Shown here: positions 49,986 through 60,634 of the stretch, in pieces
Position numbering within the stretch: position 1 is the stretch's first letter
Layout: each line of letters opens with the position of its first letter
Origin: Spirochaetota bacterium
GTDB taxonomy: Bacteria > Spirochaetota > UBA4802 > JAFGDQ01
DNA length: 64,000 nt
Direction: 5' to 3'
NCBI GenBank assembly: GCA_043803405.1
Contig: JAZDKB010000018.1
Location: forward strand, 192,001 to 256,000
Notes under the pieces: model-generated
What the model saw: only the letters and a program-made list of their open reading frames with translations
Database searches by the model: none
Told to the model about the DNA's origin: nothing
Position numbers and translations under genes: made by a program

Positions 49986-52900
49986 TTAACTTTTCTTTTT
50001 GGTGCTAGTTGACTTTTTTAACTTTTTAAATTCCTGCATCATTATTTCCTCACAGCTTGTTTCTTCCAGTTTATCCATTTGTTTGGGTCTGAATTTGCTT
50101 TCAATAAACTCCCTGAATTTATCAACATACTCGAATATTGCAGGTACAACAATAAGCGTAATCCCGGTTGAAATTATAAGCCCGCCCAGTATTACAACGC
50201 CCATGCCTGTTCTGAATTTCGCTGCTTCACCTACCCCGAGAGCCATAGGCAGAGTGCCTGCGAGCATAGCGAAAGTCGTCATGAGTATCGGTCGCAGTCT
50301 TATTTTCCCAGCTCTCTTGATCGCTTCTTTTCTGCTAAGCCCGGAGCGTACTCCTTCGAGCGCGAAGTCGACAAGCAGGATCGAGTTTTTTGTTACAAGT
50401 CCCAGAAGCATGATAATACCGATCATGCCGAACATATCCATATTCTTGCCTGTTAAAAGAAGTGCAAAGAACGCTCCCGAGAGTGCAGGCGGCAGTGCCA
50501 TTAAAATTGTAGCAGGCGTGAAGAAGGATTCATACAGGCTCGACAGCACCAGGTATATGAAGATAATCGAGAGCACAAAGGCTGTTATAATATTTATTAT
50601 CATATCTTTAAACGCGTCAGCCTGGCCCTTGAAAGAATAAGTAACTCCCTTTGGAAGCGGCATTTCTTTTGTTAGAATCTCTTCAGTACGGCCTATAGCA
50701 GTACCCATGGCGCCACCCTGTGAAATATTGGCGTATATCTGAACAGCTCTTGACCTGTCCTGCCTTATTATTTTGGATTGTCCGGTTTTTAATTCACCTT
50801 TTGCCAGCGCTGTAAGAGGTATCATTCTGTTCTGTATGTTAGGCACGCGCGTTTCCATATATGTTCTGGAGAGATCGCGCTGGTCAGGTTTTAGCCTTAA
50901 GCGCACGTCGTATTCAAGGCCCTTTTCGCGGAGTTTGCCCGCCACGGTTCCTGCTATATGATAGCGAAGTTCTGTGCCTGCTGTTTTGTTTGCAACTCCA
51001 AGCATCTGCATTTTATTTTCGTCCAGAACAATCTGAAATTCCGGTTTGCCTGCTATATAACTTGACGAAATCTCAGTGAGATCCTTTATTGATTTTAATT
51101 TTTCTATTAGATTTTCCGAATAGACATTCAGTTCGTCAAGATTTTCGCCGTTTAGATTAAGGGTATACGGTTTTGAGCTTCCCATGCTTGTTCTTGAATA
51201 ATTGGTTATCGATGGTTTAGCGTATTGAAATTCGGCAAGTATTTGCCTGATGTCTTTTTTTAAACCATCCATGTCTTTTTTTCTTTGATTTCTGGGGAAC
51301 ATGAATACCCCAATGCTTCCAATATTGCTTTCGTTATTAGCGTTCCCTGCCTGTATTGTCATATAATTAAGATCAGGTATTGTTTTAATTCTATCCGCTA
51401 TTTTATTGGCAACTTCGTATGTGCCGGTAAGGCTTGTTTTAGACGGCAGTTCAATATTTACAAGAACTTCCGGCTGATCTGAGTCCGGCATAAAAGTCTT
51501 TTTTACTGCACCAAAAGCCCATATACTGCAAAAGAAAACAACACACGTTATGCCTATAACAACAAATACGTGATCAATGCTGTAGCTTACTATTTTTTCG
51601 TAGTATACATCCAGCCTGTCCTGGAAACGGTCAAAGGCCATGACAGCCCTGTTTTTTGCTTTGCCTCCTTTGCCTGCAAAATAAGCGGAAAGAAGCGGAG
51701 CAACAGCCAGCGCGTCGAAAAGGCTTATTGCCATTGCGAACACAACAGTGAGGCCGAACTGTTTGAAAAACCGGCCGATAATTCCGCTAAGGAATCCGAT
51801 CGGCAGGAAGACTGCAATGATCGTAAGCGTTGTTGCTATTACAGGGAGCATAACCTCGGTAGTGCCGAGTTCTGCAGCTTTCATAGGATGCATTTTTGCT
51901 TCAAGCTTTCTGAATATGTTTTCGCGCACAACAATGGCATCATCGACAAGGAGTCCTACAGTTAGAGAAAGGGCCATGAGAGTCATTATGTTGACAGTGA
52001 AGCCCATAACATACATCAGTAAAAATGCACCCAGCAAACTGTTCGGTATAGCTATTCCGGTAATTATTGTTGAGCGTATATTCCCGAGGAAGAAGTACAC
52101 GACTATAATAGCGAGTATTATTCCTATTATCATTGTTTCCACAACGTCGTCTATATTGTTTCTGATATATTTAGCACTGTCGAAAACATAGAACAGCCTT
52201 GGCTTCCCTTCCGTATTTTTTATAATATCGTTTATGGCAGGCATGCGCGCATTGATTTTATCCACAACGCTGACAGGATTGGAGCCAGATTGTTTGAAAA
52301 CATCCAGAATAATGCATGGCCTTGTTTCCATTTTTCTGGCTTCCTGTTTACTGTTGCTGAATATTCTTTTAAAGAAACCTGGTTTTTGATTTATATCGCT
52401 TACCGAAGAGTATATTGAGGTTATGGTTGTTGCTTCCTCTGCTCCGTCGCGTACAGTCCCTAGGTTTGCTATCGTTATTGATTTATTTACATCTCCGGAA
52501 AAACTTACTATGCTTTTCCTGATCTGCTCAAGATTGGTGTATTCTCCGATTGCGCGGAAAAGAGTAGAAGTAGTGTCTCTGTCAAATTTGCCTACTGGCA
52601 CATTTGCGCCCGCATTTTTAAGCTGGTCCGCTATAGTACGCGCAGGTATCTCGTACGCGTTCAGCTTGTTGCGGTCAAGTTCTACCTGTATTTCTCTTCT
52701 GGTCCCGCCGCTTATTCTTACTTCGCCCACACCGTCCGACTGTTCTATCATAGGTTTTATGCGTTCTTTTGCGAGGTCGTACAGTTCGGTTGCTGAAAGG
52801 CTTGCGCTTATTGCAAGAGTAAGAACAGGAGTGTCTGTTATGTCAAACTGCTTGACAAGAGGATCATCCTCTAAATCATCCGGAAGATTGTTCCGCGCAA

Positions 52901-53240
52901 GATCGACTTTTTCGCGCATTTTTTGTTCAGCGTATTTAATCTCTGTTTCATACGTGAACTCGGCTATTACAATTGAAATGCCCTCCATATTCTGTGAAGA
53001 AAGAGTCTTTAGGCCGGATATTGTGCTTATCTGTTCTTCAAGCGGTTTTGATATAAGTTTTTCAATGTCTTCGGGGCTTGCACCTGTATAATATGTAGTA
53101 ACCGTTATAACCGGAAAATCAACAGGCGGATAAATATCGACGCCTATGCGTTTAAGCCCTATAAATCCCATTATTACAATAAGAGCTACTATACAGCATA
53201 TAAAAATAGGTCTTTTGATCGACAACCGCGCGATATTCAT
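49986..53240 (-). CDS. AcrB/AcrD/AcrF-family RND efflux permease
   Basis: SIKRPIF, GASPEDIE, GLLVDDAIVVRENI, GLVTKNSILLVDF, RLRPILMTT. Confidence 0.95.
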   Translation of the reverse strand: MNIARLSIKRPIFICCIVALIVIMGFIGLKRIGVDIYPPVDFPVITVTTYYTGASPEDIEKLISKPLEEQISTISGLKTLSSQNMEGISIVIAEFTYETEIKYAEQKMREKVDLARNNLPDDLEDDPLVKQFDITDTPVLTLAISASLSATELYDLAKERIKPMIEQSDGVGEVRISGGTRREIQVELDRNKLNAYEIPARTIADQLKNAGANVPVGKFDRDTTSTLFRAIGEYTNLEQIRKSIVSFSGDVNKSITIANLGTVRDGAEEATTITSIYSSVSDINQKPGFFKRIFSNSKQEARKMETRPCIILDVFKQSGSNPVSVVDKINARMPAINDIIKNTEGKPRLFYVFDSAKYIRNNIDDVVETMIIGIILAIIVVYFFLGNIRSTIITGIAIPNSLLGAFLLMYVMGFTVNIMTLMALSLTVGLLVDDAIVVRENIFRKLEAKMHPMKAAELGTTEVMLPVIATTLTIIAVFLPIGFLSGIIGRFFKQFGLTVVFAMAISLFDALAVAPLLSAYFAGKGGKAKNRAVMAFDRFQDRLDVYYEKIVSYSIDHVFVVIGITCVVFFCSIWAFGAVKKTFMPDSDQPEVLVNIELPSKTSLTGTYEVANKIADRIKTIPDLNYMTIQAGNANNESNIGSIGVFMFPRNQRKKDMDGLKKDIRQILAEFQYAKPSITNYSRTSMGSSKPYTLNLNGENLDELNVYSENLIEKLKSIKDLTEISSSYIAGKPEFQIVLDENKMQMLGVANKTAGTELRYHIAGTVAGKLREKGLEYDVRLRLKPDQRDLSRTYMETRVPNIQNRMIPLTALAKGELKTGQSKIIRQDRSRAVQIYANISQGGAMGTAIGRTEEILTKEMPLPKGVTYSFKGQADAFKDMIINIITAFVLSIIFIYLVLSSLYESFFTPATILMALPPALSGAFFALLLTGKNMDMFGMIGIIMLLGLVTKNSILLVDFALEGVRSGLSRKEAIKRAGKIRLRPILMTTFAMLAGTLPMALGVGEAAKFRTGMGVVILGGLIISTGITLIVVPAIFEYVDKFREFIESKFRPKQMDKLEETSCEEIMMQEFKKLKKSTSTKKKS

Positions 53241-53244
53241 ATTA

Positions 53245-54813
53245 TTATTCCTTTATATTTTTTGGACTTAAATATTTTTCCACATTTATGTTATAGCGTT
53301 CGAATATTTCATTCTTTGCCATGTCAAGCTGCAGAACTGCGATATTGTAACCGACCAAAGCCTCGAGTTCCTGCTGGCGCGACTGCACCATGGAGTCAAG
53401 CGCAAGTTTCATGGCAACCGAATTGACTTTGCCCTGCCTGAACCTCACTAGCAGTTTTTGATAATATGTTTCCGATTCTTTGCGTGCTATTCTTGATTTA
53501 GCAAGAGTTATGTGTTGCAGTTCAACACTTTCAATATTGCTGTGGATATCGTCCCGGACTTCAAGTTTTATATTCTGCAGATTATATTCAGTCTGTTTTG
53601 CTTTAAAGTACGAGTTCCTTAATTTCGCTTTTTGTTCAGTATCATCGAGCGGATAGCTCATCTTCAGTGTCAGGTTTAAGTTAGGATATTTTGACGACGT
53701 TGAATCTGCGAACGCGTTTGCGTAATTCGGATCCTGTCCTGCAGTGGAGAGATCTGCCCTGAACGTGAGGGAAGGAAGCGAATTGTTTTTGCTGATTCCA
53801 AGGTCCTTCTTCGCGTTCTCGTTCTCGACAATTGCGTTTTTATAATCAGTACGTTTTGCGAACGCGGCATTAAGCGCTTTTTCTTTATCCAGGTCGGGCA
53901 GCATGTCTTTTAGCTCAGTTACGCCTTTTATCTGCGTTTCATACGGCATGTTTACTGTTCTTAAAAATTTTCTGACAGCATCGCGGTACTGTTTTGAGCT
54001 TGATGCCAGCTTTGTTTCCGCTCCTGCTACAAGCGCATTATACTGGTTAAGGTCATAGCTTTCCGCGAGCCCATACTGCGAATTCCGCGCAATGATGTCT
54101 CTCACTTCCTTATCCGATTTTAGCTCAATATCTGCATTTTCCATTGCGGATTTTTTAACCGCAAGGCTCCAGTAATCTACAAGCGCGTTCAAAACCAGAC
54201 CTGTCAGTTTGTCTACTATTGCCGCGCGCTGCATCATTGCCGTATTTGTTTTCAGCTCCCTCTCTGTCCTCTCATTGTATCCGAATGCATTTTTAAGCAG
54301 TTCCTGTTTCAGGTTAATGAAGAATGAGGGTTTATGCTGAGCAGGTGTCTTCTCAACGCCGAACGCCGGCATACCGGGATCATTCGCGTCGTAATAGATT
54401 TCCCTAACGCCTGCTGTAAGGTTGGTCGCAGTAGGGAAAAGTTTTGAAAGAGACGCAGAAGCGCTGTACTGGTAACTCTTATCTCCTGTAATCGCAGTCA
54501 TACCTCCAGGAGGCTGTTTCTGGTAATTGTATCCTCCTTCAAGATTCGCTGTTGTGGAATAACGCTTGTCAAATGTCTGCAAGTCGGTATCAGTCATAAT
54601 AACATCGTATTTGGCAGACTGAAGCGTGAGGTTGTTATCCAGAACGATTGAGACAATTTCCTCCAGACTCAGATTTTTATTGTTTAACGTGATAGCTTGT
54701 GTATCGTTTGAAATATTTTTTGCATCATTGTTTTCGTTCTCTTTTGCCGACAAAGCAAAAGCGGAATTAACTATTATTATGGTAAAAGCAATAATTGTAA
54801 TGTAATATTTCAT
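53245..54813 (-). CDS. TolC-family outer membrane channel
   Basis: Signal peptide, LSLEEIVSIVLDNN, two OEP-type helical repeats; directly upstream of the RND gene. Confidence 0.88.
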   Translation of the reverse strand: MKYYITIIAFTIIIVNSAFALSAKENENNDAKNISNDTQAITLNNKNLSLEEIVSIVLDNNLTLQSAKYDVIMTDTDLQTFDKRYSTTANLEGGYNYQKQPPGGMTAITGDKSYQYSASASLSKLFPTATNLTAGVREIYYDANDPGMPAFGVEKTPAQHKPSFFINLKQELLKNAFGYNERTERELKTNTAMMQRAAIVDKLTGLVLNALVDYWSLAVKKSAMENADIELKSDKEVRDIIARNSQYGLAESYDLNQYNALVAGAETKLASSSKQYRDAVRKFLRTVNMPYETQIKGVTELKDMLPDLDKEKALNAAFAKRTDYKNAIVENENAKKDLGISKNNSLPSLTFRADLSTAGQDPNYANAFADSTSSKYPNLNLTLKMSYPLDDTEQKAKLRNSYFKAKQTEYNLQNIKLEVRDDIHSNIESVELQHITLAKSRIARKESETYYQKLLVRFRQGKVNSVAMKLALDSMVQSRQQELEALVGYNIAVLQLDMAKNEIFERYNINVEKYLSPKNIKE

Positions 54814-54918
54814 TTGGCCTCCATTTACAATTGCTTAAATAAGACAATATTTATATTTTTAAATAATTAAATCAAATTCTCGAAGCACCGGTTATTTTGG
54901 GGTGAGTTCCAAAATTTT

Positions 54919-55656
54919 TCAGGTAGCAGGCTGTTCCTTAACATCCTGACCTCTTTGCATCTCTTCAATAATTGAATCAATTGTTTCAGTTGCTTCCTTA
55001 ATTATGCTGTCGGGAATGCTTGGTATTATAACTTTTTTTCCCGCAGGGCAAAGCGCTTTAAAAGTGTGTTCAATAAGAAAATCAAAAGCTTTTTTGGAAT
55101 AGTCTTTTCCATAGAAATTATCGAACCACTTTGTGTTTGTAAAATGTTTGCGAAAATTTTCATAATGTGTGGTGAAAAGAATAAGTTCAAATATAACGAA
55201 CATAGTATTACTGGTTTCAAATTCGCCCGATTCCACACCTTTTTTAAGTGTGTTTTCCAGAAGCTGGAATTGCGGTAAAAAGAATTTGCTTATTATGGAA
55301 AATACTCTTTCCAGTCCTCCCCGTCCTATGTTCATTAGCAATATTCTTTCAAAGTCCGGATCCTTTGGCCTGATGTACAATTTAACAAAAAGAAATATTT
55401 CCATGTATAAACGCTCAGAAGGCGCAAACTGGTATTTATCCAGAAAACTGATCATCCGGTTTTTTTGTTCTATCCTGCATAAACGCAAAACCACCTGTTC
55501 ATGAAGATTTTCTTTTGACTGGAAATAATAGTGAATCAGGGCCTGATTTACTTTAGCCCCGCGGGCAATTGCGCCCATGCGCGCTCCGTCAAATCCTTTC
55601 TCGGAGAATTCGCGTTTTGCTGCCATGAGAATCCGTTCTTTTGTTTCAAACTCCAT
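54919..55656 (-). CDS. TetR/AcrR family regulator
   Basis: KERILMAAKREFSEKGFDGARMGAIARGAKVNQALIHYYFQSKENL helix-turn-helix. Confidence 0.93.
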   Translation of the reverse strand: MEFETKERILMAAKREFSEKGFDGARMGAIARGAKVNQALIHYYFQSKENLHEQVVLRLCRIEQKNRMISFLDKYQFAPSERLYMEIFLFVKLYIRPKDPDFERILLMNIGRGGLERVFSIISKFFLPQFQLLENTLKKGVESGEFETSNTMFVIFELILFTTHYENFRKHFTNTKWFDNFYGKDYSKKAFDFLIEHTFKALCPAGKKVIIPSIPDSIIKEATETIDSIIEEMQRGQDVKEQPAT

Positions 55657-55696
55657 TTTATTTCCTGAAATATTTTTTTTCGGATGTATGATAGGG

Positions 55697-55720
55697 TGTT
55701 AATTAATCAGTTAATTAACA
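55697..55720 (-). promoter_or_regulatory. Probable TetR operator overlapping the -10 region
   Basis: TGTTAATTAA-N4-TTAATTAACA palindrome; TTGACG at 55742-55737 on the minus strand, 17 nt upstream of GTTAAT. Confidence 0.65.
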
Positions 55721-55854
55721 ATGAATTCGATTATTACGTCAAGATTTTTATTAAAAAATTATAATTACCGGAAAATTTTATTATAAAGACCATGAAAATT
55801 AAATTTGACTTTTAATCGATCTGCTTTCGGAATCCCCTTCAAGCGATCGAGTAA

Positions 55855-56052
55855 AAAAAGAAATACAGCAGGGATGATGCCCGGTTTATTATTGCTTCAC
55901 ATTCTCCTATTCTTCTTGCATGTCCGGAAGCAGTTATTTATAATTTCGATGATTCATGCATAAAACAAATAAAATATGAAGATACATCTCATTACAGGAT
56001 ATATAAAAGCTTCATGGAAGACAGAAATAAATATTTATATAATAAGGATTAA
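55855..56052 (+). pseudogene. 5'-truncated remnant of a COG3910-like ABC-type ATPase
   Basis: Start-less open frame ...ARFIIASHSPILLACPEAVIYNFDDSCIKQIKYEDTSHYRIYKSFMEDRNKYL with an ABC H-loop; stop lies 2 nt before the manC ATG. Confidence 0.7.
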
Positions 56053-56054
56053 AC

Positions 56055-57125
56055 ATGAAAACAGTACCAGTAATTCTTGCCGGAGGAGCCGGCACAAGGC
56101 TTTGGCCATTAAGCTGTGAAGAGAAGCCCAAACAATTCCATGATCTTACAGGCGAAGGCACATTGCTGGAAACCACGATTAAAAGGCTTTTGCCGCTGCA
56201 CCCCGATTTTTGCATTATCGCGACATCGGGTAATTACGAACAAATGAGCAAAAAAGAAATAAAGAAAACCGGCCTTAACGGAATAGTGCTTGTTGAACCA
56301 ATGCCGAAAAACACAGCGCCTGCAATTCTTTACAGTGCTATATATCTTTCAAAATTATTCGGCGAGTCCATAATGATAGTTCTGCCTGCGGATCACTATA
56401 TCAGCAAAAAAGCAATATTTGTAAAAGCAATAAAATCAGCAGTAAAAGAAGCCCAAAAAGGACTGCTTGTGACCATAGGAATTAAACCGGAATCGCCCGA
56501 GACCGGCTATGGATATATTAAAGCAGGTAAAGGAAACGGGAATGTGTTTGAAGTTGACTGCTTTGTTGAAAAACCCGACAGAAATACTGCTGAAAGATAT
56601 TTAAGCGACGGCAATTACTACTGGAACGCGGGGATGTTCATCTGGAAAACATCCGCAATACTATCAGGTTTTAAAACTCTTATGCCTGATCTTTACGAAG
56701 CATTTGCCCCTCTGACAGAATTAAAAGCAAATCAAATCGCTTCCGGCAAAGGAAAGGCTTTAGCGTTAAAAGAAAAAATATTTGCTTCTTTAAAAGGAAT
56801 ATCGATCGATTACGGGATCATGGAGAAAGCCGGTAACAAAGCAGTAATACCGGCAGACTTCGGCTGGACGGATCTCGGAAGCTGGAATTCCATAGACAGG
56901 ATATTAATGCCGGATACAAACACAAACAGATGCCCGGGTAAAACAAATCCTGTTTTTGTGGCCTCGAACAACTGCTCTGTTTTCTCCGAAGGCAAAACAA
57001 TAGCGCTTGTAGGTGTCGAAAATCTGGTAGTTGTCGAGTCCGGCAACAATATACTTGTAATAAACAAAAACAATAACCAGCAAGTCAGGGACGTTGTAGA
57101 GATCATCAGGAAAAGAAAGAAATAA
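56055..57125 (+). CDS. manC: Mannose-1-phosphate guanylyltransferase
   Basis: ILAGGAGTRLWPLS..KPKQF, EPMPKNTAPA, LPADHYI, ETGYGYI, FVEKP, SIDYGIME, WTDLGSW; no cupin PMI domain. Confidence 0.92.
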   Translation: MKTVPVILAGGAGTRLWPLSCEEKPKQFHDLTGEGTLLETTIKRLLPLHPDFCIIATSGNYEQMSKKEIKKTGLNGIVLVEPMPKNTAPAILYSAIYLSKLFGESIMIVLPADHYISKKAIFVKAIKSAVKEAQKGLLVTIGIKPESPETGYGYIKAGKGNGNVFEVDCFVEKPDRNTAERYLSDGNYYWNAGMFIWKTSAILSGFKTLMPDLYEAFAPLTELKANQIASGKGKALALKEKIFASLKGISIDYGIMEKAGNKAVIPADFGWTDLGSWNSIDRILMPDTNTNRCPGKTNPVFVASNNCSVFSEGKTIALVGVENLVVVESGNNILVINKNNNQQVRDVVEIIRKRKK

Positions 57126-57128
57126 AGC

Positions 57129-57986
57129 TTACACTATTTTATTTGCATTCTTATAAGTCACAAGGATATCTTCTGCTTTTTTAAATTCGCCTTTATAAGT
57201 ATATAGCAGGCTCAATTTCGTCAGTTCGCGCGCTGCCGGCTTTTTATTCATCATCTGCTTTTCCATCTCCAGTATGGTAGCATCAATATCGCCTATTTCT
57301 TTAAGTTTATTTTCAATCGTAAGGCTTTCCAGATAATCCTTAAACTTTAAATAATGAGGACTTGATTTAACAGCAGTTGTTAAATAATCCAAAGCATCGC
57401 CGTACTGGCCGAGATGAAAATAGCAAAATCCAAGATACTTGTTTAAAAACAGTTTATCATCCGCTATATCTTTAATATTATTTAAGTGATACAGGGTTTT
57501 TTCGTACTCTTTCCAGTCATAGTAAATATATGAAAGAAAATAATTTGATTTCAAATGCCTGTTTTCAATCTGAACAACATTTTTAAAATATTTCTCAGCC
57601 ATTCGCTGATCCTTTAAATTAAAGGATGCCATGCCCGAATAAAAGTTGCCTTCAATGAAATCCGGTTTTCTGGAAAGCGATTCTTTAAAATAGTTCAGTG
57701 CGGATTTATAATCCATGTGATTATAATATTCAACGCCAAGATTAAGCAGCAGGCGCGGGTTCCTGTCTATCCTCAATGCTCTTTCATAAGTGGATATTGC
57801 CAGATCGTTTTTGCCTGTCCTGGAATATATTTCACCGATATTATTATATGCTTCTACAAAATTAGGGCAGATGTTTATCGCTCTTTTATATTCGTTTAAA
57901 GCAGTGTTTACGTCGCCCTTATTCGAATAATCGAGCGCTTTATTATAGATATTCAGAACCTCAATTGGAACAGCAGAAGTATTCAT
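57129..57986 (-). CDS. Tetratricopeptide repeat protein
   Basis: Repeated TPR units such as EAYNNIGEIY..AISTYERAL and LNLGVEYY..ALNYFKESL. Confidence 0.88.
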   Translation of the reverse strand: MNTSAVPIEVLNIYNKALDYSNKGDVNTALNEYKRAINICPNFVEAYNNIGEIYSRTGKNDLAISTYERALRIDRNPRLLLNLGVEYYNHMDYKSALNYFKESLSRKPDFIEGNFYSGMASFNLKDQRMAEKYFKNVVQIENRHLKSNYFLSYIYYDWKEYEKTLYHLNNIKDIADDKLFLNKYLGFCYFHLGQYGDALDYLTTAVKSSPHYLKFKDYLESLTIENKLKEIGDIDATILEMEKQMMNKKPAARELTKLSLLYTYKGEFKKAEDILVTYKNANKIV

Positions 57987-58119
57987 AATAATCCTCCTTC
58001 CTGATTTAAATATCGGTAAAAAATATAATTCAAATGATAATTATTATAATGCCATGTACGGCATATACGACATTTATAATAAATTAAAGGCTTATTTCAC
58101 AGAATAATTCTCAAATGAG

Positions 58120-58611
58120 TTAAAAGTCTTCCGATTTGCCGTTTTTAACTGAAATAATTTCAAATTTATTGGATAAATATTTTAATTTAATTTTATTTCC
58201 CATAAAAACATATTCTTTTAAATCAGCATCAACAGGATGAAACCATGCAGATTTTCCGTTGCTCACGTGAACCTTTAAAAGATAAAAATTGTTTTTATCA
58301 TCAGCGAAAATCAAATAAAGGAATCCTTTGTATAATAAATGTAAAAAAGATCTCCCCGGTATAAACCAGCTTGTTGACCCGCTTTCTTTTTTAACTGCAA
58401 GGAATTGTCCGTTTATTTCACCTGAACCGCATGCAATATAATATCTCCTGCTGTCTTCAATAATATCCGAAACAAACAGATCGTTTAATTTCTTGACCCA
58501 CAGTTTTCTTCCGCCCGCTTTCAACCGGCATAATAATATCGAAGTCTCAGGATCAAAGCGCAGCTCTGATCCTTCCATTTCAAAGGAGATAACATTTATA
58601 TTCCTTTTCAT
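58120..58611 (-). CDS. Hypothetical protein, possibly beta-propeller (PQQ-like) repeats
   Basis: Recurring G-x-x-x-W units (GRKLW, GSTSW, GKSAW). Confidence 0.55.
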   Translation of the reverse strand: MKRNINVISFEMEGSELRFDPETSILLCRLKAGGRKLWVKKLNDLFVSDIIEDSRRYYIACGSGEINGQFLAVKKESGSTSWFIPGRSFLHLLYKGFLYLIFADDKNNFYLLKVHVSNGKSAWFHPVDADLKEYVFMGNKIKLKYLSNKFEIISVKNGKSEDF

Positions 58612-58689
58612 CGATTACTATATAATAAACGCCTTTATTGTAATAATCAATAGATTTTAAAGCATATATATGCAATCCGGTTTCCGGCT

Positions 58690-59571
58690 CTATTTTAATG
58701 AAGCAATCCTCTGCCCCATTCTGATTTTCTGGCCTTTTTTAATGCTTGCGAACTTGACGGAATTTTTTCGGAACAGCAGAATAACGGTTGAACCGAGATG
58801 AAAAATCCCGATCTCCTGCCCTTTCTTTACAGAAGGTTGACCATTTTTATTAAAAAGCAATTCTTTCTTTTCCCCGGATAATCTGTTAGTTTCTACATCC
58901 GCATAGCTAAGCGTAATTCTGCCGACATTCATTGCGCCGATTTTACACACTGCGCAAATGCCTTTGCTGTTTTTTATATAAGTAATTGCCCTTTCATTTT
59001 TTGAAAATAGCCCGTTAATGCCGTTTACCATTGCCTCTTTAACAGGAAATAAATTTCCCGGTATAGAGAAATAACCTGCGACCTTTCCGCTGACAGGAGA
59101 ATGTATCCTGTGATAATCTGCAGGAGACAGGTAAAGAGTAATAAACGAACCGTCCGCAAATTCATCTGCCATGGCAGATGGGACAAGTTCTCTTAAGCTG
59201 TATTCAATGCCCTTTGCCTGGATAATCCTAAACTGGTTTATTTTGCCGAACTCGTCAATCCGCGCGTCAACAGGCGACACAATTGAATCGGATTTTAAAT
59301 CTATTTTATGAACGCCGGCTTTCAGCTTTCTCGTAAAAAATTCATCAAATGATTTAAATCCTGCTGCCGGATAATCAATCTCGTACTGATTGACTTTATA
59401 TGCATTACAATAATGCCGGATAACAAATTCCATAACCGAAGCAGGCAGTTGAAGGCGCGCAATGCTCCCGAATGCTCTTGATATAAAATTTTTCGGGATT
59501 ATTTTAAAGAAAAATACTAAAAAAATTTTATGTCTCATTAAATATTTTGCTCTTTTTTTTATAACTGACAA
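58690..59571 (-). CDS. psd: Phosphatidylserine decarboxylase proenzyme
   Basis: FDEFFTRKLK, SPVD, QAKG, YLSPADYHRIHSP, NER, FHLGST self-cleavage motif. Confidence 0.93.
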   Translation of the reverse strand: MSVIKKRAKYLMRHKIFLVFFFKIIPKNFISRAFGSIARLQLPASVMEFVIRHYCNAYKVNQYEIDYPAAGFKSFDEFFTRKLKAGVHKIDLKSDSIVSPVDARIDEFGKINQFRIIQAKGIEYSLRELVPSAMADEFADGSFITLYLSPADYHRIHSPVSGKVAGYFSIPGNLFPVKEAMVNGINGLFSKNERAITYIKNSKGICAVCKIGAMNVGRITLSYADVETNRLSGEKKELLFNKNGQPSVKKGQEIGIFHLGSTVILLFRKNSVKFASIKKGQKIRMGQRIASLK

Positions 59572-59701
59572 ATGTTACATCACATTTGTTTTAGAAGTTA
59601 ATACAGCTTTAAATTAAAATACAATAAGTGTTATTGCATACAAATATAACTAATTTTAGACTAGTATGATTAATCCGCTGTGTCAACAATATAAATTGGC
59701 A

Positions 59702-60634
59702 TCAGCTATTTTCAAGTTTATTTATAAAATCCGTAATATGCTGCGGTAATGGAATGCTAAAACACATCTTTTCACCGGTTTCCGGATGTTTGAATTCCAG
59801 ATACACTGCCGCAAGCATAAGAAAAGGCACTTTATACTTTGCCCATTTTTTGGAATATATCTGATCGCCGATTATCGGATGTCCGATTGACGAAAGATGA
59901 ACACGTATTTGATGAGTTCTGCCGGTATGCAGCGTCAGATCCAGAGAAGAAAACAGGCCGCTCTTTGCGTTCCAGATTTTTTTTAAAATATATTCCGTTA
60001 TTGCTTCCTTTCCGTTTTCGATTACAGCCATTTTGTGCCTGTATTTCGGATGTCTCCCGATCGGTTTGTTGATTACCCCGCTGGCTGTATCCGGTCTTTC
60101 ACTGATTATCGCAAAATATTTCTTTACAATTCTTCTGGAAGCAAAATCTTCAGACAGTACTTTATGCGCGATGTCGTTTTTAGCTATTACCATAAGCCCG
60201 CTGGTATCCTTATCAAGCCTGTGAACAATCCCGGGCCGGATTATACCTCCTATAGAGGACAGCTTTTTAAGGTGAAAAAGCAGGGCATTAACAAGGGTTT
60301 TATCCCAGTTTCCGGGACCCGGATGCACCACCAGCCCTGGCTGTTTATTGATTACAGCAATTGAGTTATCCTCGTAAATTACTTCAATCGGGATATTCTG
60401 CGGGATAATGTCGAGCTGTTCCGGATCGGGTATAATAATTTCAATATTATCATCCGATTTAACCTTATAATTCTGTTTTATCCCCTTGCCGTTAACCGTA
60501 ATATTATTACTTTTAATAAGCTTCTGAATATATGTTCTTGATATATCCGTTTCGAGCGAATTAGTTAAAAACTTATCTATCCGCTCAAGATGATATTCTT
60601 CGGGAACCGTAAGTTCAATTTTTTCCAAAGGCAT
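59702..60634 (-). CDS. rluD: RluA/RluD-family pseudouridine synthase with S4 domain
   Basis: RIDKFL S4 domain, NKQPGLVVHP, VHRLDKDTSG, TGRTHQIRVH, PIIGDQIY. Confidence 0.9.
   Translation of the reverse strand: MPLEKIELTVPEEYHLERIDKFLTNSLETDISRTYIQKLIKSNNITVNGKGIKQNYKVKSDDNIEIIIPDPEQLDIIPQNIPIEVIYEDNSIAVINKQPGLVVHPGPGNWDKTLVNALLFHLKKLSSIGGIIRPGIVHRLDKDTSGLMVIAKNDIAHKVLSEDFASRRIVKKYFAIISERPDTASGVINKPIGRHPKYRHKMAVIENGKEAITEYILKKIWNAKSGLFSSLDLTLHTGRTHQIRVHLSSIGHPIIGDQIYSKKWAKYKVPFLMLAAVYLEFKHPETGEKMCFSIPLPQHITDFINKLENS

Noticed and set aside
49999..53091. Long antisense ORFs (213 and 222 aa) inside the RND gene, and similar ones inside rsgA, pyrD and the ClpX-like gene
   Set aside because: Opposite-strand shadows of well-supported genes, with no recognisable motifs.
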